Shown here: positions 1 to 8,750 of the stretch, piece by piece
Layout of the letters: the number at the start of each line of letters is the position of its first letter
Position numbering within the stretch: position 1 is the stretch's first letter
From: Amoeboradix gromovi X-113
Taxonomy: Eukaryota > Fungi > Sanchytriomycota
Reading direction: 5' to 3'
Assembly (NCBI GenBank): GCA_018985225.1
Contig: JADGIF010000028.1
Span: 1,184 to 33,183 of the forward strand
Length of the DNA stretch: 32,000 nt
The notes under the pieces: generated by a model
The model's database searches: none
What the model saw: only the letters and a program-made list of their open reading frames with translations
What the model was told of the DNA's origin: nothing
Translations under genes and position numbers: made by a program

Positions 1-1
1 A

Positions 2-229
2 ATTGAACAGAATAGTGCAGATATAAGTTTAAGTGGAGACGTGAAGTTATGGTTCTGGTGTATGGTTATCGTTTTAGTATCACTGGTATGTACGTTTATA
101 GATGTATTAGATATTCCTGTGTATTGGCAGTTATTACTGGTTTATTTCTTATTGCTTTTTACTATAACAATGAGAGAACCGCTATGGATAATGATAACGA
201 AAAACTACACACCAATGAATCATCAATAA
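2..229 (+). CDS. 3' end of a probable membrane protein, 5' part outside the window
   Basis: Frame is open from position 2 to TAA at 227-229, with two hydrophobic segments (LWFWCMVIVLVSLVCTFI, VYWQLLLVYFLLLFTI). Confidence 0.5.
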   Translation: MEQNSADISLSGDVKLWFWCMVIVLVSLVCTFIDVLDIPVYWQLLLVYFLLLFTITMREPLWIMITKNYTPMNHQ

Positions 230-324
230 ATATTTCAATTTGAAAATAACTGACATTGCGTCATGTGGTACTTTGCGATCGATTACGATGGCTAAAAATC
301 GAAATGTTTCGGATTTGCAAAACA

Positions 325-807
325 ATGGCTTCTTCAACTTCAGTGCATGAGTTTTCAGTAAAAGCAATTGATGGGTCTATGCATTCACTGGAAGAATATA
401 AAGGTAAAGCATTGTTATTAGTAAATGTAGCCTCAAACTGCGGATTTACAAAGCAATACACTGGATTGCAAGCTATTCATGAGAAATACAAAGACAAGTT
501 GGAAGTATTAGGATTCCCATGTAACCAATTTGGTGGCCAGGAGCCCGGAACTAACGAAGAAATTCAAGACTTTTGTACTAAATCATTTAATGTTACTTTC
601 CCATTGTTTGATAAGGTTGATGTAAATGGAGCAAATGCAGATCCACTGTTCACTTACCTTAAGACGGAGCAGACTGGATTTATTACCAATGACATCAAGT
701 GGAACTTTACTAAGTTTTTAGTCGACAAAAATGGGATTCCAGTTAAAAGATATGGCTCAAATGTGGATCCAAAGGATATTCACAAGGATATAGATGAGTT
801 AAAATAA
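325..807 (+). CDS. GPX: Glutathione/thioredoxin peroxidase, Cys-type GPX (Hyr1/Gpx3-like)
   Basis: Motifs NVASNCG, GFPCNQFGGQEP and IKWNFTKFLVD. Start placed at ATG 325 (MASSTSV); the peroxidatic residue is Cys (TGC), not Sec. Confidence 0.95.
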   Translation: MASSTSVHEFSVKAIDGSMHSLEEYKGKALLLVNVASNCGFTKQYTGLQAIHEKYKDKLEVLGFPCNQFGGQEPGTNEEIQDFCTKSFNVTFPLFDKVDVNGANADPLFTYLKTEQTGFITNDIKWNFTKFLVDKNGIPVKRYGSNVDPKDIHKDIDELK

Positions 808-953
808 ATCCCTTGTTTAACAATTCAAGTCTATGGGGCCACTAATTAGACTTGCGAGGCGTTTTAGGTTTCGCAGCAACCCATATTTAATAAGGATTCT
901 CAAACGAGCTACCGGTAACATTCTTTATAAAAATTTGAGTATTATTTATTGCC

Positions 954-1298
954 TTACAACTCACCTAGAAGGTATTCCCAATATTGTGTGGGTCTAAATT
1001 GGCTAAGTTTGCATGCTTCAACAAAATGGGAATAACAGTCTTCAGAAGTCGTAATTTGATGCATGTCATTAATGCATGTCATATAGCAATCTATGAATTT
1101 CTTTTCATGGTCTGTGAATCTTGCAATCCCTATAACCTTTAGGATATGCCCCCAATATTCTGCCACGGATTGTTGGTGTTCACAATTCGATAATATTTGT
1201 AAGATTCCGTCCAGCATGGCCCCTAGTCTGAATCCGTGTATTATTAGATACAGATATACATATGGAGGTTCAAGGGCATATGTCATATTTGCATCCAC
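954..1298 (-). CDS. Hypothetical protein
   Basis: 114-aa ORF with no recognised motif; start uncertain (GTG, first ATG four codons in). Confidence 0.4.
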   Translation of the reverse strand: MDANMTYALEPPYVYLYLIIHGFRLGAMLDGILQILSNCEHQQSVAEYWGHILKVIGIARFTDHEKKFIDCYMTCINDMHQITTSEDCYSHFVEACKLSQFRPTQYWEYLLGEL

Positions 1299-1754
1299 AC
1301 TCCTTTGAAAGTGTTATACCCCTAAAGGGCTCAAATTTGGGTTTCATCTTTCAATAGTCCTCATACTCGGATTTTGGCATAATGTTTGTGCTCTGGAACT
1401 CGGAAAATTAACGATCTGTGACCACTAACTCCGGTATTAACCGGTTTAATTTTGAATTCTATTGCACAGGATGCAATTTTTGAGAGACTTTAATTAAATT
1501 GATTTGCAGATCCAACTTATTACGTTCTACCATCTTAAGATTTAAAAACGTGTCTATTTGCCTTGTGTGGTATCAGGCATGTCTACTTACGATTTATTTA
1601 CTTTGTGCAATTATCTGCAGCTAGCGTTGGTCTTGATTTCATTCCAAATAAAACTCGAATCCAAACCAGCGTTCAACCAGTTTAGTACTAAGGGTAAAAT
1701 TGAAGCAAGACTTGCACCGCTATCTCATGAAAGGCTTTGCTCATGTCCCTCGAT

Positions 1755-2525
1755 TTATTTTCCAACTGTGATTTCCAAAGGTCTTTCGGTATCTCGAAAC
1801 TCGATAATTTGCAAGCTAATTCCCGAATCATTTTCTTGGATCATTTCTAGTATAACATGACGGAAATAGTCTAGTACGAACACTACCTTTATGGATATCA
1901 AAAAGTATGTCAGAGTAATGCCAAGCAAAGGATCAATAAAAGTTATCACAATAGCGCTAAGATCTCCAATGACTGTTACAATATATGCTACTCTAACCTG
2001 TTTAATCAATGCGGTCTTTAGCGTATGCCTCAGTTCTAACATAAGTAGCATCTTACTCCTTAGAATGAAAAAGCAGTAGGTTTCTGCAAGCAGCAACAAG
2101 AACGAAACAATAGTTGTTACGAATCCGAATTTGCCCCACCTGAATATCCCATCAGATGATAACATAAAATCGGCAGCTGGCGCAACTTGAAGAAGTACTA
2201 CTATAATAGGCATGAACTTGATTAGCCTATCGTATCGAACTCGGATATGCTTACCGAGAGAATTGAGTCTCTCAACGTAAAGCGAATAAAGAAGAAACAA
2301 CGTCAGCTTGGATATGAGAGCTGCAGTGAGTGTTGCTACTTCGTTATCGAGAATAAACTTAACTGTGCTGTGTATACTGCAGCATAAAAGACAGAATATA
2401 CTGAACCAAAATATCGCGCCTCTTTTCTTGATGGTATAAACAGCAAATAGAGCCCCTGATATCAACTGGAGATAAGATATGCATAGAAATATAGCAACAA
2501 TCTGAAAGTGCTCTGATATAGCCAT
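1755..2525 (-). CDS. Multi-pass (about 7 TM) membrane protein, orphan receptor-like
   Basis: 256-aa ORF from ATG 2525 with about seven hydrophobic stretches, a basic loop between TM5 and TM6, and a short polar C-tail. Confidence 0.7.
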   Translation of the reverse strand: MAISEHFQIVAIFLCISYLQLISGALFAVYTIKKRGAIFWFSIFCLLCCSIHSTVKFILDNEVATLTAALISKLTLFLLYSLYVERLNSLGKHIRVRYDRLIKFMPIIVVLLQVAPAADFMLSSDGIFRWGKFGFVTTIVSFLLLLAETYCFFILRSKMLLMLELRHTLKTALIKQVRVAYIVTVIGDLSAIVITFIDPLLGITLTYFLISIKVVFVLDYFRHVILEMIQENDSGISLQIIEFRDTERPLEITVGK

Positions 2526-2705
2526 CAATGCTTGTTTATTTCAAGGGAAACACGTCACATCTTATGACATGCAGCAAGCAAGATTTCAAAACAAGAAATA
2601 TGAAGGTCCTTTGTTTTGGAGTACTCTGAAAAAATACTTGGTAATCTATAATCCAATATGCGAGTTACCTGAGAAAAACTAGAAAAACTTCTAAAACAAA
2701 TGTGT

Positions 2706-3248
2706 CATCAAATATAAAAACTGGACTAACTTTCAGTAGCAACTTGGAACATTATTTCAGCTTTATTAATTTTATGGATTCAAGAGGCGAGTAGACATTC
2801 AGCTAGTTGCGGAGTTGACGAGTACAAAAGGAAAATAAATATTCTGTACAGCTATTCTCTTACTCTGTCATCCAATCTTTATCATAATACTAATTCATAA
2901 TAGGGTATATTTTCATTTAATCTTGCACATAAATAGAGACCTTTCCTAATAAAGTTATGGCCAAGAGAAAGCAAAAGCTTTCATACACCAGTTAATCAAA
3001 GAAATGTAGTGTCTGTGAGAATGAAACGAAGAAAGAGTACCGTCTAAGAAAATGCACCTTTTGCTTAGATGCTCAGAGACCTCATATATTTGAAAGAGAT
3101 GCAGGGTCTTCTAGTTTTATTTTAAAAAGAGGGACACAATCAATGAAAGAAAATTGTTATAATAGAAGATCTTTTATTAATGATAGCATTTCCTCTGTAT
3201 GGTGCACCTTTAAAAACGAGTTAGTCTAGTTTTTATATTTGGTGTCCC
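2706..3248. mobile_element. Non-autonomous TIR element (MITE), copy 1, both ends present
   Basis: Left end CATCAAATATAAAAACTGGACTAACT (2706-2731) is the inverted repeat of right end AGTTAGTCTAGTTTTTATATTTGGTGTCCC (3219-3248). AAATGTGT flanks both sides (2698-2705, 3249-3256). The left part recurs at 12634 and the right part at 31810. Confidence 0.9.
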
Positions 3249-3299
3249 AAATGTGTCATAAAGTAGAAGGACCCACACTTTATCGCATATGCTTAAGGC

Positions 3300-3800
3300 G
3301 GATACTCGTTGCAAATACCTCATCTCTCACTTTTACATCCCAGGCGGACGCTACTGCTGAATGGAATACATTACCTGAAGACGGTTGTAGCTTGCATTCA
3401 CATCTGTATCCGCGACTACACCTCACTAAGTATATGGCATTATCTTGGATCTCTATAGGATAGTAAGTCTCTTATAACTGCTATGGTTGTTGCATGATTT
3501 TGAAGTACAAAATTTTAAAGTAATTAGTGTTAGCGCTTTCCTTCCAAGAAAGTAGATCAGTTTCTTGTTTGACATACTTATGATCTCACCTACATTATAT
3601 TTTTATCTGGTTTCCCATGGTAAGCAACTTTCTTACGAAAACCCTGAGTAATAATCAAGATTATGGTCTAATTGGTACTTAAGCGTAATAAAAATATTTT
3701 GGTAGGATTTGTAAAACAGTACCTTTGTTTCTTTTTTGCTAGAAGTATATAGTTAGTATCACATCTGATGGCTTCTCTCTTTCATGAAATTGTTATAGTA
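3300..3800 (-). pseudogene. Degraded TnpB/Fanzor-family nuclease (Fanzor1-like), C-terminal part, locus A
   Basis: Manual minus-strand translation across stops and frameshifts: KKVAYHG...SNKKLIYFLGRKALTLITLKFCTSKSCNN ... T**GVVADTDVNASYN. This resembles the E-x-x-TSK-x-C, Zn-ribbon and D-R-D-x-N-A regions and is colinear with 30500-30960. Boundaries approximate. Confidence 0.65.
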
Positions 3801-4134
3801 GTCAATCCAATAATTTATTGAAACTGCCTCACAAGTTTGCAAAACCAAATATGCTCATAATTTTGAAGATAGATCGGAAATGAACCGACCAAAAAGCCCA
3901 ATACTATCCCGCGTACGTATTAAATTATATTAAATTATTTGTTACTTAAGTTACGCAACTTGTTATTATAAATTCCTTGTCTGATTTTTTATCACCATAA
4001 TTGGTTTCAGAATTTGTAATCAGTTCTTTAAATAAACGATTTTAATTTAGCCACACGCATTACCGCGTTTTGATGTATTCAATTTATATATATATACGAC
4101 ACATACTTCTAGGGAAACAGATTGTATTCAAGTA

Positions 4135-5072
4135 TTGACATCAGACACCTGTTTGGACAAAAGCATAAGGAAAGGAAGTCATCAGTATATTGCAGAGTCC
4201 GCTTCCAACGCCAGAAGGAAATATATTACCGGAAGAGGAAAGGAAGGACATCCACCAAGCCCCTTTCTACGGAAATCGGGTAAGAGTACATTGGTGTCGA
4301 ATGAACTTCAAGTTTACGAGGATGCATCCACACGCATCGTGTACAAGCTGGGACTAAGTAAGTGCTACTCTACAACAACGAGGAACGCACAGTGCGAATA
4401 CCAAGCACTCGTTCCAGCAAACGTTGTAGCGTCGGGTCCAGGCGTATGTATTTTCCAAGCGACATTATGACATAGACGGTTCAGTCACAATGTATGGACA
4501 CGAATGTCGGAGAGTGCTTAATGCACTTCATTTACGTATAGCCCATATGAATAGCGACATTGCAAATATTAGGAAACGTGGTAGATATACATCCAAAAAG
4601 AAACTACAAAAGATCAATAATAGAACAAAGAAGAAAACGCGGCTGTACCAAAGAATAGAAGATCCTACTACGACAATGCATTATGAGGTGAAGGATTCTC
4701 TGTGCAAGTATCTAGTGATCTTGCTTCCTGAGTTCGCGACGCAAGGAATGTCTCAAAAGTTACCAAATAATCACAAGAGAGATGCAGTCCTTAGACACTA
4801 AACATTAAAGTAGAGGCTGCCGCATAAATGTAAGTTTTACAATCAGAAATTGTTTATTATAAACGAGGTAAACTCTACTATTAAATGTTTTAGACGCAGT
4901 CACCAGTCGAGAGAAAGCATACATTCAAGACGATTCTAATGCATTAAATGAGGTCATGAACACCATAGAGATAATCAATCCAGTCAAAAATATGCTTAAA
5001 TGGTATCTACTCAAGTTGTCTACACTTAAGGAATGTGAACTCATTTATTTTAGATTTTCATATCTAGCGTAG
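4135..5072 (+). pseudogene. Degraded Fanzor/IS607-TnpB-like nuclease (Fanzor2-like), locus A
   Basis: Joined frames read DASTRIVYKLGLSKCY...NVVASGPGVCIFQAT/YDIDGSVTMYGHE (RuvC-I, Asp position now GGT at 4435), MHYEVKDSLCKYLVILLPEF, LFIINEVNSTIKC, CIK*GHEHHRDN (4940-4975), KNMLKWYL. Contains frameshifts and stops. Confidence 0.85.
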
Positions 5073-5209
5073 GCATCTAATTCCTTGCCTAGTTTTTACA
5101 GAACATGTCTGTTGTGTTTCAATAGGATTTAAAGGAAACAAGATCACATGCAAGAAGATAAGGACTGATAGATCAAGAAGAAGTCGAATGTATGTGTTTA
5201 ATTAAGCTT

Positions 5210-5446
5210 TTATTTGTTCAAAACGATACCCAAGTCAAATATTTCGGGATCAGTGTATGGCAAGTTCGGGTATTCAAATTTCTTTTGAATAGCAGATATA
5301 GAGTTTAAGTTTACTTCAGAGTCCGCGCTTACGGACTCTTTTAAATGCACAACGTTGGTAATTCTTCTTGCTGTACTATGCATAGTGCTTGTTTGAATCG
5401 GGTCAAACTCTTTTAAATTATTCACAATGGTGCCATATTGCGACAT
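5210..5446 (-). CDS. Small hypothetical protein
   Basis: 78-aa ATG-initiated ORF (context AAAATG) with plausible composition and no motif. Confidence 0.45.
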   Translation of the reverse strand: MSQYGTIVNNLKEFDPIQTSTMHSTARRITNVVHLKESVSADSEVNLNSISAIQKKFEYPNLPYTDPEIFDLGIVLNK

Positions 5447-6190
5447 TTTCGAAATTGGAATTCCCCTTTTAATTTCAAGTCACCCTTTCAGTAGTATGAT
5501 CGGTTTTCACGTGAGCAGTTTATCTATCACCTTTAACTGCTTTTATTGCTTTAATTCATAATTTAAATGTCACGAGGTTCCAATTTATTATGAATTAAAT
5601 TCCAATATTTGATTTGAGTAGAATCGGTCACTGATTCTTGTAACATTAAAGACATGCTTTGAAAATTAGGAGGAAATGGAACACTATAAAACTAGACAAA
5701 CTTTTAAACAATTCTGTACAAGTACAACATCTTTTATTTATCACACGTGCTCTAGGTAAAGGCTCGCTGCTATTTCATCTCTCCTGTCATTCCAGTCTTT
5801 CGTTTTACTCATTAGGCATTGTATAACTTCAAGGATATTTAAAAATAAACCTTAATCTTCAAGTATTTTGCAATGGGGACACCAGCACAAGCTTGGACTT
5901 ATCTGAAAAAGTAGCACGTAAGATCAGCCTAGTTCATTACAATTTGATATGAATATTAAGAATCGCTTAATTTAGTCAATAGTGAAATTCAAACAGCTAT
6001 TGATATCAAGTTTTCATTCTACAGTGTTCCACGTAAAGCAGCAGTCATTTATTTTGAAGCCAAAAAGTGATTTTTTGCTAAAAATTCCGCAAACTAATTT
6101 TACGACCACGAATTTAAGAATAAATTTTTACTAACTCCTTTTTTAATTCAGATGGGCAATAGAAGTGTAGTCAACACAGTAAATGCGATT

Positions 6191-6496
6191 TTATACGAAA
6201 TAGGAATTCGCTACACGTTTTGCAAATTGAAGAATTTTAGTGGTTTTAGGATTGCAGGTCAGAGTGAAAACACCTTGGAATCTAGGACATCCACTAGTTA
6301 GATGTCTCACTTTCATATCTTTCCTCTGACCTGACTTCAGTGTCCTCTTACACAGCACACAACTTTTTGACGATCCATGTGTAGTCAATAGATGCCTTTT
6401 TAAGTCATACTTCCTGTCAAATTGCCTTTTACATAGCATGCAGTTATACATTTTGTTTACTAGAAACGCCAAGTCCATCTTAGAATGAGATGCCAT
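6191..6496 (-). CDS. Small C2H2 zinc-finger protein
   Basis: YNCMLCKRQFDRKYDLKRHLLTTH plus a second CVLC...RHLTSGC finger; short N-terminal MDLAFLVN motif. Confidence 0.8.
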   Translation of the reverse strand: MASHSKMDLAFLVNKMYNCMLCKRQFDRKYDLKRHLLTTHGSSKSCVLCKRTLKSGQRKDMKVRHLTSGCPRFQGVFTLTCNPKTTKILQFAKRVANSYFV

Positions 6497-6660
6497 GTTT
6501 TAAAAATCAGCCTCAAAATAACTCCTGCAGCACGCGGATAGATTGTTTGGCTAACAGCGACATGTTTTGAGTAAAATAGAAATAGCGGAGACCGTAATGG
6601 ACTGCATTAAATCGCAAAAGTTGGGGTTTATAAAGTTGTGTTCATGTTTAAAAATATAGT

Positions 6661-7203
6661 TTACTTGATCGTATTGTTATATTTTATCATGACAGCTATG
6701 TTACTTTTCAACTGTTTGTTTTCATCTACTAACAAGCTGGCGATGTTCAGCTTCTTTTTTTCTGGGATCAAAACTTTTATAAGTTGTACTTTCTGCAAAG
6801 CATCTAAATTAAATTTGATTTTCGATAACTGCGCAACAAAGCTTTCAACCTCCAAAAGTTGGGCAAGAAAATGTGAGTTGTCGAAATTAAATGTCCCAAA
6901 ATCTAAAACTGCAAACTCTTTACTTGACACTATTAGCCTTGCTTCAGTGTTTAGTTTTTCCCTTACATCGTTAAGCTGTGAAAATAGCTTAGAATTTTGG
7001 TCCGTCTTTTTTTCAAGTGATTCGCTGAGATTTCGCTTTATATCATCTAAATTTTTAAGCATTAATTCTAGCTCTTTTTTTTGGGAAATAAGAAGCAGAC
7101 GAGCTTTTTCTTTTTGGTTAATACTTAAAAGTCTATCAGATGGTCTTTTGAGATTAGCTTGAAATCCACTAGTGTCCCGTGTTATTGGACTTTTTAGATC
7201 CAT
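6661..7203 (-). CDS. Coiled-coil hypothetical protein
   Basis: Heptad-rich L/K/E ORF. ATG at 7203 (MDLKSP) avoids overlap with DYS1. Confidence 0.65.
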   Translation of the reverse strand: MDLKSPITRDTSGFQANLKRPSDRLLSINQKEKARLLLISQKKELELMLKNLDDIKRNLSESLEKKTDQNSKLFSQLNDVREKLNTEARLIVSSKEFAVLDFGTFNFDNSHFLAQLLEVESFVAQLSKIKFNLDALQKVQLIKVLIPEKKKLNIASLLVDENKQLKSNIAVMIKYNNTIK

Positions 7204-7229
7204 ATGAATCTGATTCAAGGTCAACACAA

Positions 7230-8210
7230 ATGGAGAATCAAGACGGAAACTCATCTCATGATAATGTTTTTAAACCATCTGTTCAAATGGATTCGCAGGT
7301 GGTCAAGGGACCTGATTTTGAAGATGACAGTTTTGATCTATTAAACTGCTTTAAATCTATAGGATTTCAGGCTACAAATTTAGGGTTAGCGATGGATATA
7401 ATAGACACAATGCAAATGGAAGATGCCACTATATTTTTGGGATATACCAGCAACATGGTAACATCTGGATTGCGAGATGTGTTTAAATTCTTGGTAAAGA
7501 ATAAAAAAGTAAAATGTATTGTTACAACTGCGGGTGGAATCGAAGAAGACTTAATTAAATGCCTAGCTCCTACGTACATTGGTGACTTCAATCTTCCAGG
7601 AAAACAGCTAAGGAATCAAGGTCTGAACAGAGCGGGAAACTTAGTAATTCCAAACAACAACTACTGTTTATTTGAGAAATGGTTATATCCAATATTGGAC
7701 GAGATGATTATATCTCAAAAAGAGGGTAAGATATGGTCCCCAAGTTCAGTTATAAATCATCTGGGCAAACTAATCAACAATGAAGACAGTATTTATTATT
7801 GGGCATACAAAAATAATATTCCAGTTTATTGCCCAGCTTTAACAGACGGAAGTTTAGGGGATATGATTTACTTTCACTCTTTTAGAAATGAAGGATTAAT
7901 TATCGATATTGTTCAGGACATTCGTTCTTTAAACACAATTGCTGTAAAAGCGGAAAAGACAGGTATGATCATTCTAGGCGGTGGAGTCATCAAACATCAT
8001 ATTTGTAACGCAAATTTAATGAGGAATGGTGCAGATTATGCAGTCTACTTAAACACTTCAAACGAATATGATGGCAGCGATAGCGGGGCATCTACAGAGG
8101 AAGCCATATCATGGGGTAAAATATCATCCAATGCGCAGCACGTTAAAGTGGTAGGCGATGCCACCATACTATTTCCTATTGTTGTAGCTAAATGCTTTGT
8201 TAATAAATAG
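7230..8210 (+). CDS. DYS1: Deoxyhypusine synthase
   Basis: [32 protein letters not shown] and GSDSGA...EAISWGK (active-site Lys). Start at ATG 7230. Confidence 0.97.
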   Translation: MENQDGNSSHDNVFKPSVQMDSQVVKGPDFEDDSFDLLNCFKSIGFQATNLGLAMDIIDTMQMEDATIFLGYTSNMVTSGLRDVFKFLVKNKKVKCIVTTAGGIEEDLIKCLAPTYIGDFNLPGKQLRNQGLNRAGNLVIPNNNYCLFEKWLYPILDEMIISQKEGKIWSPSSVINHLGKLINNEDSIYYWAYKNNIPVYCPALTDGSLGDMIYFHSFRNEGLIIDIVQDIRSLNTIAVKAEKTGMIILGGGVIKHHICNANLMRNGADYAVYLNTSNEYDGSDSGASTEEAISWGKISSNAQHVKVVGDATILFPIVVAKCFVNK

Positions 8211-8414
8211 TCTAAGCGTGAAAATTTCAAAATAAAGCGAGTTAGAGGCCGTGATATATAGTATATATATCTTGATCTGCAAGCGACAAAATCTTGCACG
8301 CGGCTTCTTAATTTGCGAGTAATAAAAGCTGATTGCGCAATTTAACGGTTGATGCACAAATGAGGTTGATTTAATAAACCGTTTATTTTTTAAATTCCGT
8401 TTCCCTGACAAATT

Positions 8415-8723
8415 TCATGCTTTTATCACTGTCAATTGCATACCATTCAAAATCTTTTTTTGCTGTATAGTGAATGTTCTGATTTCACAGGATACTCTAG
8501 TAGTTAAATTGGGGACTTCTATAGGTAAATACAACTGCCTTTCGATTTCCATTTTTATCGCACACAGTGTGTTAATTGCTGCACCACTGGCAAATAATTC
8601 CACTTTTTCAAAAGTTTTAAGCAACTGGACTACTTTAGTGCAATACCGCTGCGGATTTTTCCTAGTGACATAGATTTGGTTCTTGCTGGGAATGGAATGG
8701 AAAAGTGAATCTTTTCGCTTCAT
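8415..8723 (-). CDS. POP7: RNase P/MRP subunit Pop7/Rpp20-like (Alba fold)
   Basis: NQIYVTRK...QLLK...VELFASGAAIN resembles the Rpp20/Pop7 pattern IYV..K / V.I.G.GAAI; ATG at 8723. Confidence 0.65.
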   Translation of the reverse strand: MKRKDSLFHSIPSKNQIYVTRKNPQRYCTKVVQLLKTFEKVELFASGAAINTLCAIKMEIERQLYLPIEVPNLTTRVSCEIRTFTIQQKKILNGMQLTVIKA

Positions 8724-8750
8724 TCCTTGAGACAAAGGGTAACTTCACTA

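Noticed and set aside
256-324. N-terminal extensions from TTG/GTG starts in the ORF track (GPX, DYS1, L17, M43 and others)
   Set aside because: This is a eukaryotic locus; homology begins at downstream ATGs and some extensions would overlap neighbouring genes.
3239-3463. ORF 3239-3463(+), and similarly 30546-30830(+) and 31541-31819(-)
   Set aside because: They are antisense shadows of the Fanzor remnants and/or start inside the MITE TIR; no independent coding signal.
3440-3500. In-frame TAG/TAA among Gln codons, hinting at TAR=Gln recoding
   Set aside because: Conserved genes (GPX, DYS1, RPA12, LSM6) end at TAA or TAG at the expected positions; these stops are pseudogene decay.
6638-7162. 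174-aa plus-strand ORF
   Set aside because: Antisense mirror of the coiled-coil gene, with F/S/L-rich composition typical of a shadow frame.
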